Source of the DNA: Candidatus Latescibacterota bacterium
GTDB lineage: Bacteria > Latescibacterota > UBA2968
Assembly (NCBI GenBank): GCA_965198115.1
Contig: OZ240241.1
Coordinates: forward strand, 2,752,001 to 2,816,000
DNA length: 64,000 nucleotides
Direction: 5' to 3'
The position numbers and the translations under genes were made by a program. Of this stretch, positions 52,453 through 63,629 are shown piece by piece (position 1 is the stretch's first letter; every line of letters starts with the position of its first letter). The notes below the pieces were generated by a model that was not told the DNA's origin, did not search any database, and worked only from the letters and a program-made list of their open reading frames with translations.

Positions 52453-53723
52453 GATTCCGTCTACTCGTCCTGGCAGTCACGTTTGCCTGCACACCGAAAA
52501 CCGCGGTCCAGAGCGACCAGCTGCTTCGGGTCATGTCCGAGGCCTGGATGTTCAAGAAATACCCGCTCCGGGAGGCCGTCGCCCGCTTCGAAGCCAACCA
52601 TCCCGGGGTGCGCGTCGAACTAATTAAAGCACCCGATGGCTCGCCCACCCGATTACTAGTTTCGATGATGAGCAACCGCAGCGACTTCGATCTCTTTTTC
52701 GGAACGGTCGAGAACACCGTCGCCATGTGGGCGGCACGAGGCCTGCTGCTCCCGTGGAACGACATCGCAGTCGACCGTCCGTCCCTGCAGCGCGATGCTT
52801 TCATCCCCGTCTTCTACGACCTGAACCGATTCGGGGAACACCAGTACGGTATCCCGATCACCGCCGAGATCATCCTCTTCAGCGTGAACAAGCACTTCGC
52901 GAGGGAGGCCGGTCTTCTCGATGAGAATGAGAACGTGATCCCAGCCCGGACGTGGGAAGACGTGTTCGACTATGCCAGACGCACCACACGGAGGGATCGC
53001 AAGGGCAATATCAAGACCGTCGGGCTGTCCATGAACTGGACGAACTCCAGTTCGATGTTGTATGCTGCGATCAAGGCCGAACACGGCAGGATCGTCAACC
53101 CGGAATCCGGATTGCCCGACATCACCTCGGACGAGATCAGACGTCTCCTTGCACTGACCCAGCAGGGCGCGGCCGAAGGCATCACCACCCTGGCCGCGAT
53201 GACTGACGTAAACCAGCCGCGCTCCGACCTCAAGGCGGGTCTCGTCTCCATGATCCTCACCAGCCATTCGCGATATCTCGAGGCCCAGGAAACCCTCGGA
53301 CCCAACAGTACGACCATCATGGCCGTGCCCGGGGCAGCAGGGAGCGTCACGGGGGGAGCCCGAACAGCTGTTATCCCCCGCAACAGCCGCGCCGTGAACC
53401 TCGCCGTCGCCTTCGTCCAGGAGGAAATGCTGGCACCCTATTTCTCCCGCTTCGCCTGGGAGAAATACGGTAAGCTCCCCTGCATGCTCCACGTCTTCGA
53501 GACGCTCGACGAACCGGAGGCCCACATCCTGGCCGATCTGGCCACGCGCTCGGCCCGGGACCCGATGTTCCGGGACGACTTGCCCATGGTCGACGCCGTG
53601 CGGCGGAACATCCAGAGCTTCCTTTCAGGTCAGATGGAAATGGACCCGATGCTCGCCCGTCTGGAACGGGAACTGTCGCAGCTGAACCTGTCCGACATCC
53701 GCGAACACTTTAGAGAACATTAG
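52449..53723 (+). CDS. Carbohydrate ABC transporter substrate-binding lipoprotein
   Basis: Lipobox VTFAC; FEANHPGVRVE, QYGIP, P.TWED; adjacent permeases. Confidence 0.88.
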   Translation: MRFRLLVLAVTFACTPKTAVQSDQLLRVMSEAWMFKKYPLREAVARFEANHPGVRVELIKAPDGSPTRLLVSMMSNRSDFDLFFGTVENTVAMWAARGLLLPWNDIAVDRPSLQRDAFIPVFYDLNRFGEHQYGIPITAEIILFSVNKHFAREAGLLDENENVIPARTWEDVFDYARRTTRRDRKGNIKTVGLSMNWTNSSSMLYAAIKAEHGRIVNPESGLPDITSDEIRRLLALTQQGAAEGITTLAAMTDVNQPRSDLKAGLVSMILTSHSRYLEAQETLGPNSTTIMAVPGAAGSVTGGARTAVIPRNSRAVNLAVAFVQEEMLAPYFSRFAWEKYGKLPCMLHVFETLDEPEAHILADLATRSARDPMFRDDLPMVDAVRRNIQSFLSGQMEMDPMLARLERELSQLNLSDIREHFREH

Positions 53724-53828
53724 GAAATTCAGGAATTATGAAATTACCGTATTGGTCAATCCTTTTTCGAACCCGTTGCCAGACCGCGATTTCCTGATTC
53801 CTAATTGCTCAATTTCCTAATTTCCTAA
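53721..53828. repeat. Inverted 8-mer repeat arrays (intercistronic hairpin)
   Basis: AGGAAATT CAGGAATT ATGAAATT ... ATTTCCTG ATTCCTAA TTGCTCAA TTTCCTAA TTTCCTAA(TG). Confidence 0.75.
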
Positions 53829-54694
53829 TGCTTTCCCGTTCTACTCCCTACGCCTTCGTGCTCCCGGCCGCGGCTTTCCTCGCCTGCTTCGTGGCGTATC
53901 CGCTCGTGTGGTCGCTCTATCTAAGCGTGACCGACTACAACCTCATCTGGTCGAACACGACTCGGTTCGTCGGACTGCAAAACTACGTCCGGGCCCTGGG
54001 TGATCCGATCTTCCTCCGCGCTGCGGCCAACACGTTTCTTTTCGCAGCGTTCCACGTGCCGGTCACCGTCGGATTGTCCCTGCTCCTGGCCGCGCCTATC
54101 CAGGCGGCCGGCAAGTTCGGGCGTGTCTGCCAGACGATGCTCTTTATCCCGGTTCTTGTTCCGGAGGCGATGGGCGCCGTCATCTTCATCTGGATTCTGT
54201 CCGAGCGCTTCGGACTTCTGAACAACTTCGTGACGATGGTGATCGGAGAACCGTTCTTCGTCAACTGGCTGGGGCAACCCGGCTGGTCGATGGCGGCCAT
54301 CATCCTCACCAGCTACTGGGGCATCGGCGTGAGCATCGTTCTTTTCGTCGCCGGGCTGGGAAACATCCCGAGGAGTCTTTACGAGGCCGCCGCCATCGAC
54401 GGCGCAGGACCGATCGATCGCTTCTGGCACATCACCCTACCCGGTGTGCGTCACACCACAACGGTTGTGTTCATCCTGTCTCTCATCGGATCGCTCAAGG
54501 TCTTCGCCTTGCCGCTGGTCATGACGAACGGCGGCCCCGGTGTCTCGACCCTCAGCCTTTACCAATGGGTGTCCAGCAACGCCTTCCAGTATTTCAACAT
54601 GGGTTATGCGTGCGCCATGGCCTTCCTCCTCGGCGCCATCATCATCCTGGCCAGCGCTCCGCGCCTCATTGCATCTCGCAGGGAGGACACGTGA
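53828..54694 (+). CDS. Carbohydrate ABC transporter permease
   Basis: FVGLQNY, LYEAAAIDGA..FWHITLP EAA motif. Confidence 0.93.
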   Translation: MLSRSTPYAFVLPAAAFLACFVAYPLVWSLYLSVTDYNLIWSNTTRFVGLQNYVRALGDPIFLRAAANTFLFAAFHVPVTVGLSLLLAAPIQAAGKFGRVCQTMLFIPVLVPEAMGAVIFIWILSERFGLLNNFVTMVIGEPFFVNWLGQPGWSMAAIILTSYWGIGVSIVLFVAGLGNIPRSLYEAAAIDGAGPIDRFWHITLPGVRHTTTVVFILSLIGSLKVFALPLVMTNGGPGVSTLSLYQWVSSNAFQYFNMGYACAMAFLLGAIIILASAPRLIASRREDT

Positions 54695-55523
54695 AAAGCA
54701 GCCGCATCGAAGGTTTCATCGTCCGCGCGCTTCTGATCGTTTTCTGCGTCGCCTTTCTCGCCCCTCTGTTCTGGGTCGGCGTCACCAGCCTCAAAACCAA
54801 CGACGAAATTTACGACGCTGCCAATTTCCACATTCTTCCGCAGAACGTGTCACTGGAACACTTTGCTCACGTCTTCAGCCAGCTCGAAGACTTTCCCGTC
54901 TACTGTTTCAACACCGCGAAGATCACGACTGCGACCGTGTTCGTCGTCCTCCTCATCTGCACACTGTGCGGTTATGCCCTCGCCAAACTCGATTTCAGGG
55001 GGCGGGACGCCTTCCTCTCCTTCATCCTCGTCATCATGGCCCTCCCCTGGATGGTCATGCTCACGCCCATCTACCAGCTCGAAGTCGCCCTCGGTCTGCT
55101 CAATACGCTACCCGGCCTGATTCTACCCTACGCCGCCATGTTCCTGCCCATCGGGATCCTGATCATGCGCTCGGCATTCATCGCCGTTCCAAACGAGCTA
55201 CGCGAAGCTGCCCAAATGGACGGGGCCGACGAGTTCCGCATCTGGTGGAGCGTCATGCTGCCCATCGCTCGACCTTCGATGATCGTCGTCCTCCTCATGA
55301 CCTTCCTTTCCTGCTGGAAGGAATTCACCTACGCCGTCACCCTCAATTCCCTCCCCAGCGCCACGACCCTCGCCGTCGGAATCACCTACCTCAAAGACGA
55401 GGCCCAGTCGTGGGCTTTCGGCACGCTCTCCGCCGCCATCGTCGTCGTTCCTCTGATCGCCGTCTTCCTTTTTTACAAAAGCGCATCATCGGCGGACTTT
55501 CCGAGGGTGCTCTGAAAGGCTGA
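54691..55523 (+). CDS. Carbohydrate ABC transporter permease; one-base shift in the T-run about 55470 near the C-terminus
   Basis: ELREAAQMDGA EAA motif; canonical end FLQKRIIGGLSEGALKG* is in the shifted frame ending 55523. Confidence 0.88.
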
Positions 55524-55603
55524 ACACGAAGACGCGAAGGGAAAGCGCGGTCGGCGGACGGCGGTCGGTAGAAGCATCCAGCCTTCACTCGTCTGGAAAA
55601 TAG

Positions 55604-55633
55604 AAAAGACTCCCGTGTTGTTTCACACGGGAG
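55604..55633 (-). terminator. Intrinsic terminator for the minus-strand gene
   Basis: CTCCCGTGT-TGTTTC-ACACGGGAG with A-rich flank. Confidence 0.65.
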
Positions 55634-55668
55634 CCTTCCTTCAGTGTATTCTGTGTGTTCTGTGGTTC

Positions 55669-56547
55669 CTAATCGTCCGCAGCTGCTGTTGCCTCTCCTG
55701 ATTCTGCTTTGGCGATTGCTGCGATTGTATGCTCGACATTCAACGCGATTTGCTCCTCGTACTTCGGAAACATCCCGGCGATCGTCGCGTCACCCGGCTT
55801 GATGTTGGCGAATACGTATTCGAACGCCTTGCGTACGTCCGCCTGGGTACGACACTTTCGCGTAGCTGCCAAGAATTTAAATGCCAGGCACTGCTTTTCC
55901 GTCTGGTTGATGAACCGAATCATCTTGGGTGGATCGTCTTCGTTGAATTCCTCGAACGCCCCCTTGTTGAACGGATCGACCAGAGCGCTCTCGCGACCCG
56001 ACCTGTTCAGGTTGTAGAGGCACGTCATGTAAAAATCGACGTCCCACCCCTTGTCCTCTATGTAGTCGAAAACTTCAGGAAAGTGTGATCCGATGCCCAC
56101 CTGGACGCCCGTGTCTCGCATACACTTCAGGTAGTCTTCCGCATCGTCGATCCGGCCCTCGAGCCAGAACTTGTCCGTCCGTGACCCGTGATGGTAGATC
56201 GCCTGCGCCCCTGTCGCCGCGATCACACGAATATTCTCGAAAACGTCGTACATCTCCGACGCGGTCTGCGCGATGAAGTGCAGCTGGCCGTCCTCACGCT
56301 TGAACAGCTCCCGCCAATAGAGAATGCGATGAAAGTCACCCCGAGCCTGGAGCGTGTTGATGCCCTGCTTCTGCACTTCGTGAAGAAAAGCCACGACCTG
56401 TTCGTCCGTGTAATACTCGCGCATGTCCTGGCTGAGCTCGGGCGTAAAGTGGGAGTTTCCGCACAGCGGATTCCCGCCACTCATGAATCTCGTAATCTCG
56501 ATGTCCGAGTTGCCGAGTTTGACTTTGGGTAGGGCGTTCACGACCAT
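55669..56547 (-). CDS. Aldo/keto reductase-like hypothetical protein
   Basis: GGAGG RBS; LPKVKLG...ITRF..GGNP..G.SH, GIGSH.PE, AFKFLAA. Confidence 0.7.
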   Translation of the reverse strand: MVVNALPKVKLGNSDIEITRFMSGGNPLCGNSHFTPELSQDMREYYTDEQVVAFLHEVQKQGINTLQARGDFHRILYWRELFKREDGQLHFIAQTASEMYDVFENIRVIAATGAQAIYHHGSRTDKFWLEGRIDDAEDYLKCMRDTGVQVGIGSHFPEVFDYIEDKGWDVDFYMTCLYNLNRSGRESALVDPFNKGAFEEFNEDDPPKMIRFINQTEKQCLAFKFLAATRKCRTQADVRKAFEYVFANIKPGDATIAGMFPKYEEQIALNVEHTIAAIAKAESGEATAAADD

Positions 56548-56633
56548 AGCCTCCGCGTTGGATTTAGTAGCAACGTATTGATTATAAAGAGGCCTCAACC
56601 TTCCGGCAACCTCCTATACATCCTGGTGCCCCA

Positions 56634-57781
56634 ATGACAATCACCGACATGAAAGTCTATGCCGTCGACGCGGGCGATGTAGGGCGCGAGCCCGTCACCT
56701 GGACCTATCTCCGTCTCGACACGGACACGGGCATCACCGGGTGGGGCGAAGCCGGCGCCTGTTTTCGGGATGCCGCGCTTGTCTGCCGGACCGGGCTGGA
56801 AGAGGTTCGCGACCTACTGATCGGCGAGAATCCAGCCGACATCGACCGCATCTGGCACAAAGTCTATCGACGCTTCACGTATTTCGGTCACGCGGCTTCG
56901 GAACGTCCATCGCGGCGGCCGTCGATCTCGCACTCTGGGACATCAAAGGCAAGGAAGTCGGCAAGTCCGTCTACGACCTTCTCGGGGGCCGATTTCGCGA
57001 AAAGATCCTCCTCTACAACAACACGTGGTTCATCGGTGCAGAAACGCCCGAGCAATTCGCGGATTGTGCCAGGAAGAACGTCATCGACGAAGGATACACG
57101 GCCTGCAAACTCGACCCCTTCCTCACGATGCGGCCCTTCCATCGCATGCATCAGGACGGCCAGATCACCGAAGAGGGCGAGCAACTCGGCTACGACATCG
57201 TCGACGCTGTCCGTGCAGCGGTCGGTCCCGGGCACGAGATTCTGATCGACGCACACGGGCACTACAACGTGCCGACGGCTATCCGCCTCGCGAACACCCT
57301 CTACGAGCTGTTCGGCATCCATTGGTTCGAGGAGCCCGTTCCCCCTGAATCGACCGACGCCCTCCGAACGGTCCGTGAAAATACCGACGCCCCGATCTGC
57401 GTCGGTGAAAGGCTCCACACGCGGTGGGACTTCGTGCCCATTCTCCAGGACGGCCTGACCGACTACATCATGCCCGACACCCTGTGGACCGGCGGAATCA
57501 CCGAGGCACGAAAAATCGCCAACCTCGCCGAGGTCTACAGCGTACCCTTCTCTCCTCACGTCGTGCCGATGGGCCCTCACGAAATCATCGCGGCCGCGCA
57601 CGTCTGCTCCACGATCCCCAATTTCTATCGTCTGGAAAGTGGATTCCACGGAATCCCGACCTTCAACGAGATGCTCGACGAACCGATTCGTTTCGAAGAC
57701 GGTCATCTCATTCTGAACGGGAAGCCCGGACTCGGATACGATCCGATAGAATCGTGGCTGGAAGCACACCTGATCGACTGA
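56634..57781 (+). pseudogene. Mandelate racemase/enolase-superfamily dehydratase (DgoD-like), frameshift about 56888
   Basis: TDTGITGWGE, DLALWDIKGK, KLD, IDAHG, WFEEP, GERL. Confidence 0.9.
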
Positions 57782-57789
57782 AAAAGTAA

Positions 57790-60048
57790 ATGTCCAACAT
57801 CGAACGTCCAACGCCGAGCGTCGAACGGGGTTCGACATCAGCAGCCGTCCGAATGTGCTGGGTTTCCCTGGCAGCCTGGTTCGCCTGGGCATTGACGGTT
57901 TGCGCACAACCCATAATCGGCTTCAGCGAGACCGGCGCGAATGCGCAGCGCGACCTCGAGGCGCGATTCGATGGACACCTGCACGCAGATTCGCTTCGCG
58001 CGTGGATGAAGTTCATGACCGCGCATCCGCACCACGTGGGGTCGCCGCACGGCAAGAGGGTCGCCGGTTTCATTGCGTCGAAATTCGAAGCGTGGGGGTT
58101 CGACACCCAAATCGAGACCTACCATGTCCTCTTTCCAACGCCGAAAACACGTCATCTCGAGATGGTCGCACCGACACGCTTCATCGCCCGACTGCAGCAG
58201 ACCTCGCTCCCGGAGGACACGACTTCGGGTCAGCCCGACATGCTTCCGCCTTACAACGCTTATTCCGCGGACGGAGACGTGACGGGCGACGTCGTCTACG
58301 TCAATCAGGGGCTCCCTCCGGACTACGAGGAACTCGCGCGGAGAAACATCGACGTGCGCGGCAAAATCGTCATCGCCCGGTATGGTGGATCCTGGCGTGG
58401 CATCAAACCCAAGATCGCGCAGGAGAGAGGCGCGCTCGCCTGCATCCTGTACTCGGACCCGAGAGACGGTGGGTTCTACGCGGGTGATGCGTATCCAGAG
58501 GGACCGTGGAAACACGACACGAGTGTCGAGCTTGGCTCGGTTTTGGACCTGCCGCTGCGTCCGGGTGATCCTCTGACACCCGGCATCGGCGCAACGAAGA
58601 ATGCCAAACGTCTGTCGCGTGGCGATGCCGAAACGCTTCTCAAGATCCCGATCTTGCCGATTTCGGCTGACGATGCTGTACCCATTCTTCGTGCACTCGG
58701 AGGCCACGTTGCGCCTCCCAGCTTCCGCGGTGCGCTGCCCATCACATATCATACAGGACCGGGCCCTGCGCGCATCCATCTCAAACTAGCGTTCAACTGG
58801 GACATCGTTCCGGCCTACAACGTCATCGCTCGTCTCGAAGGCACCGAGGGTCCACACGAATGGATCATCCGAGGCAATCACCACGATGCGTGGATCCACG
58901 GCGCTGACGACCCGATTGCAGGACTGAACGCACTCCTAGCGGAAGCACGGTCGATCGGGCTGCTCGCGCAGTCGGGCTGGCGCCCGAAGCGAACCCTTGT
59001 GTTCTGTGCGTGGGATGCCGAGGAGCCGGTCCTGATCGGATCGACGGAATGGGTCGAGCACCACGCCAAGGATTTGAGCCGAAAAGCCGTTGCCTACATC
59101 AACACCGATTCGAACGGTCGCGGATTTCTCTACGCAGGCGGTTCACCGGCGTTAACGAAGCTCGTCAATCAGGTTGCCCGCGACGTAGTCGATCCACAGA
59201 CTCGTGTTTCCGTTCGCCGGAGGCGACAGGCTGCAGCTATTGTGGGTGGTGATCGGGAAGCGAAATTGGATTCGTTCGGCCTAGGCGCTATGGGGTCTGG
59301 ATCGGACTATTCGCCTTTCTTTCAACACCTTGGGATTTCGTCCATTAGTCTCGGCTATGGAGGCGAGAACGAGGGCGGATCCTACCATACCGCCTACGAT
59401 TCATTCGATCATTACACCCGATTCGGCGATCCTACGTTCGAATATGGCGTGACGCTCGCAAAGACGGCCGGCCGGCTCGTACTCCGAATGGCGAATGCAG
59501 AGCGACTGCCGTTCGAGTTCGAGCCCTTTGTCGAGACGGTCGTGGACTATGTGGAAGACCTCGTCGAGTTCACGGATGATCTGCGGGAAGAGACCGAGGA
59601 TGCCAACGAACTGATTGACGAAGGGCTTCACGAACTCGCGCTCGATCCTACGAAGAGGATCGATCCCCCACGAAAGAAATCCTCTGTTCCCCACCTTAAC
59701 TTTGCGCCTCTGAAAAATGCGGTGGAGACGCTCGAAATCAGTGCGGATACCTACGCCGCAGCTGCGAGGGGGCGCGATCCCAGATCCACAGAAGAACTCG
59801 ATCGATTCCTTTACCAGGCCGAACGAAAATTGACACGCGAAACCGGCCTCCCTCGCCGTCCGTGGTTCCGCCATCACATCTACGCACCGGGTTTCTACAC
59901 CGGCTATAGCGTCAAAATCCTTCCAGGCATTCGCGAAGCCATCGAAGAAAGAAACTGGGAAGAAGCCCAGGACTACATCCACATCACGGCTGATGTCCTG
60001 CTCGATTACGCCCGGCACATCGATCTGGCAGCGGCCCAGTTCGAATAG
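57790..60048 (+). CDS. M28 metallopeptidase, glutamate carboxypeptidase II / transferrin-receptor-like; true start probably about 57853
   Basis: PA domain, GNHHDAW, GADD, WDAEE, GSDY, YHT.YD, RPWFRH. Confidence 0.92.
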   Translation: MSNIERPTPSVERGSTSAAVRMCWVSLAAWFAWALTVCAQPIIGFSETGANAQRDLEARFDGHLHADSLRAWMKFMTAHPHHVGSPHGKRVAGFIASKFEAWGFDTQIETYHVLFPTPKTRHLEMVAPTRFIARLQQTSLPEDTTSGQPDMLPPYNAYSADGDVTGDVVYVNQGLPPDYEELARRNIDVRGKIVIARYGGSWRGIKPKIAQERGALACILYSDPRDGGFYAGDAYPEGPWKHDTSVELGSVLDLPLRPGDPLTPGIGATKNAKRLSRGDAETLLKIPILPISADDAVPILRALGGHVAPPSFRGALPITYHTGPGPARIHLKLAFNWDIVPAYNVIARLEGTEGPHEWIIRGNHHDAWIHGADDPIAGLNALLAEARSIGLLAQSGWRPKRTLVFCAWDAEEPVLIGSTEWVEHHAKDLSRKAVAYINTDSNGRGFLYAGGSPALTKLVNQVARDVVDPQTRVSVRRRRQAAAIVGGDREAKLDSFGLGAMGSGSDYSPFFQHLGISSISLGYGGENEGGSYHTAYDSFDHYTRFGDPTFEYGVTLAKTAGRLVLRMANAERLPFEFEPFVETVVDYVEDLVEFTDDLREETEDANELIDEGLHELALDPTKRIDPPRKKSSVPHLNFAPLKNAVETLEISADTYAAAARGRDPRSTEELDRFLYQAERKLTRETGLPRRPWFRHHIYAPGFYTGYSVKILPGIREAIEERNWEEAQDYIHITADVLLDYARHIDLAAAQFE

Positions 60049-60415
60049 AACGGCCCCGCCGACTGCTCGACAGGGCTGCAACACCAACCGTCTCCTTCCT
60101 GTTCCTACAATCGCCTAAGTACGCCCTCTCCTTGGGCCAACGCTTCGTCAGGAAGGGAACGTATCCGATCCTCCAGCCTCCACGTCACTCTGTTTCGGGC
60201 ATTCGGTGACCATTTTGCGTGCAGCTCACAGATCCTCCTAGCGTAATAGGCCGCCCAAACGATCGGGAACAGGTCCAGTTCGTCTTGCGGGAGAGAGCGC
60301 ACGGTGAGATAGCCCCTGAGCAGAGAGACCATTCTTCATCCGTCAGGTCCCGGTGTAGCGGCGTGAGGTGCCACTGCGTGCGAGTCATAACGATGTCCAT
60401 CAGCGCAGGAGCGTA

Positions 60416-62963
60416 GTGTCACGTCCCAGGAATAACTAGAAAAATATTCGATTCTGTCGTATGGTTCCTCAAGCACTCATTCTTGGGAGGAACCGATGGC
60501 TAGAGGTCGTCCGTTACAGCCACTGAACATCAGTGATGAGGTCCACGATCAACGAGCTCAGGTCAATAGGTGTGTAAAAGAAATCAGGCGGCCATCTTCC
60601 CGGCTTCGACCTGCGGTCCGGTTGAGTGTTTCTGATCGTAGACTTGTTGTAGCAAGTGTGGCGCGGTGAGTTTCCTGAATCGGCTCTCTGCGACCTTGAG
60701 CGTACGCCAGATGAGAGCCGTGGCGTTCCTGACTTTCTTGAATCGCCTGGCGGCGTTTGTGCGAAGCCGAACGGAAGCAAAGGGGCTCTCGACGACGTTC
60801 GTGGTTCTCAGGTGTTTCCAGTGTTCCTTCGGGAAGTCGTAGAACGTGACCATCCGATCCCAGTTTCTTTCGAGCGTCTCCACGGCGGCAGGGAACTGTG
60901 AGCGATACCGTGCGGCAAAGCGTTTCCGGAGCTTCTCGGCCTCCTTTTTCGTGCCGGCATAGGGGATCTGGACGAGCAGTGCGCGGGCTTCAGCCTGTGC
61001 ACGCTTGGCGACCTTGTCGAGCACGTTGAGGATCTTGTGGTTCCAGCACCGTTGTTGCCGGCTCTCTGGCCAGACCTGATCAACGGCCGCCCAGATGCCC
61101 ATATTCCCGTCCGCGGCGATCAGGACAGGATGTTCGAGCCCGCGATCCCGGAGATCCCGGAGCACCGTGAGCCAGGATTCTGTAGACTCTCGATAACCGG
61201 GTTCTATCGCCAGGATCTCCTTGCTGCCGTCGCTCATCGCGCCGATCACGACCAGCAGACACGCCTTCTCGCGCTCGAGCCCGGCTTTGACGTAGATGCC
61301 ATCAGCCCAGGCGTAGACCAGTTCGCGATTATCCAGACGCCTTTCTTTCCAGTCCTGGAAGTCGACCTCCCACTTCCCTCGAAGACGAGCGATCGAGGTC
61401 GGCGAAAGCGGCGCGCCATCACCGAGCAGCGCACGCAAAGACAACTCGAAGTCGCCCTGGGAGAGACCGTGGAGATAAAGGTCGGGAAGCAGATCTCCAA
61501 TGGCCCTGGTTCTCCGGGCGAACAGGGGGAGGATGCGGCTTTCAAACCGCTCTTCCAGACCACGAACCCGGGGACGCCGGACCTTGATCGTTCCGCAGCT
61601 CGTCGAGAGACGCCGGGGCTTGCCGTAGCCGTTCCTGTAGCCCGTGGAGCTATCGACCTCGGCTCGGCGCTCATACCACGACCGGCCCAAGAACGCGGTC
61701 GCCTCCTCCTCCAGAATGGACTGGAACCGGCCCTGGATCTCTTCACGGATCCAATCGTCAACCGTCTCCCACGTCGGCATGGACTTCAATGGGGCTCTAT
61801 GCGTATGTTCCTTCACGGCGATCCTCCTTCCCAACCGGGCCTCTCACCCGGTTTTGTGTGAATCAACTATCTCACGGGAAGGGTAGGGTCGCCCTTTCTC
61901 TTTTTCCACACCTTTTGATTATAGCTCCGATCAACTCGAGTCATTGTCTCGTTCGCGTAGCATGTCTCACGCTTTGGTGCGTCGCGCGAAGATCGTCTTG
62001 ATGAGCGATTGCGGTCTGACCAATCAGGAGATCGCGGAACGAGTCGGGTTGTCCGGAGCGTCTGTCGGCAAGTGGCGTCGTCGCTTCTGCGAGCAAGGCT
62101 TGATGGGACTGTATGACGAATTGCGTCCTGGAGGGCCACGGTCGGTCAGCGACGAAGAGATCTCCTCCCTCATCTACAAGACGCTCAAGAAGCAACCGAA
62201 GGGTGCCACCCACTGGACCTGTCGTTCGATGGCCGACGAGACGGGGCTCTCCAAGTCCTCGGTTCAACGTGTATGGAAAGCTTTTGGACTGCAACCGCAT
62301 CGACAGAAGCACTTCAAACTGTCGAACGATCCCTTCTTCGTCGAGAAAGTCAGGGATATCGTCGGTCTATACCTGAACCCACCGGACAACGCGATGGTGC
62401 TCTGTGTAGACGAGAAGAGCCAGATTCAAGCACTCGAACGGACACAACCGATTCTTCCTTTGGGTCTCGGATACGTCGAGGGCGTCACTCACAGCTATAT
62501 CCGGAACGGCACGACCACCCTCTTTGCAGCGCTCAACATCGCATCCGGCAAAGTTCTGACTCAGTGCAAGCCCAGACACCGCAACAAAGAGTTCCTTCAG
62601 TTCCTCAAGCACATCGACAAGAACGTCCCAAAGGATCTCGACATCCATCTGGTCGTCGATAATTACGGCACGCACAAGCACCCGAACGTCAAGCGTTGGC
62701 TCGCCTCACGGAAACGATATCACGTGCACTACACACCAACATATGCCTCCTGGCTGAACCAGGTAGAGATCTGGTTCGGTATCATCACCCAAAGAGCCAT
62801 TCGACGAGGCACCTTCAGAAGCGTCAAGGACCTGATCGCCTGCATCAAGAAATTCACTGATCACTACAACGAGAATTCTACACCCTTCGTCTGGACCGCC
62901 ACGGCAGATTCAATCCTCGAGAAAGTCCATAAACTTTTGAAGCTTATACGCGGGACGTGACAC
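60416..62963 (+). mobile_element. IS630-family element; transposase (60496-62960) interrupted by IS256
   Basis: IRs GTGTCACGTCCC / GGGACGTGACAC with TA duplication (60414-15, 62964-65); CVDEKSQIQAL, DNYGTH, SWLNQVE; N-terminus MARGRPLQPLNISDEVHDQ joins LESLSRSR. Confidence 0.96.
60554..61927 (-). mobile_element. IS256 copy 2 (1374 bp; transposase 60584-61834)
   Basis: Near-identical to copy 1; 8-bp TSD CGATCAAC at 60546-60553 and 61928-61935. Confidence 0.97.
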
Positions 62964-63629
62964 TAGTGACATCCGCCGAAATCCGTGAAGCGCACCCTGC
63001 CATTCACGTCCAGCACCGCGTTCCACCCTCTGACGTCTCCGTGGCACAGAATCCAACAGCACGTAGCTCCATCCGTCACAAACTCACGCAGCTGGTCCAG
63101 CAGTCCACGCAGGTGAACACTCAGATCGGATCTGAGATCCGCGCCCTCACAGTATTCGATCGCTGACAGCACGTAGTCAGCAACCGACTTGACCGTGGAG
63201 GGGAATGGCACTAAGTCGACGGCTGATTCGTGCAAGGCCGCGAGCGCTGCCCCTATCTCGTTAAGATCCTCGAGTTCGTCGGCATCGGTCTCGCCGAGAA
63301 AGGACTCGACGGAGAGGGTGAAGTCTCCACAGCCACAACTGAGTTGCCCATCGATCGTGGGAACAATCGATGGGCAGGGCGCACCAGACCTGGACAGGTG
63401 GTCGAGGAATTCTACGATCGTGAGTGGTGGCGTCGGTCCATCCCACCCCGGATTTGATCGGAAGACCAGACGAGGGCCTTCGTCCTGGTCGAAGAAAAAG
63501 ACGCATCGGCAATTCGCCCGCTCGACCTCCGTTGCCTTCATTCCCCAGAACGTCTGTAGTAGCTCCGTGACATATGCCGGTTCCAGGGTCGGGCCTACAT
63601 CGGATCGGCTTCGCGGGTACCTTTTCATC

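Larger units (their letters stand above)
60105..63628 (-). pseudogene. Phosphotransferase (APH / type II homoserine kinase-like) interrupted by IS630; extra frameshift about 60335
   Basis: LAALH, CHGD..WN, FTDFG in 63628-62964; continues YAPALMDI.. from 60413 and LLRGYLTVRSL..ELDLFP to 60105. Confidence 0.85.

Noticed and set aside
52449-55523. ABC cluster without an ATPase
   Set aside because: Common for carbohydrate (CUT1) importers that share an ATPase encoded elsewhere
4622-61927. 57-kb composite transposon bounded by the two IS256 copies
   Set aside because: Each copy has its own distinct TSD, so they are independent insertions
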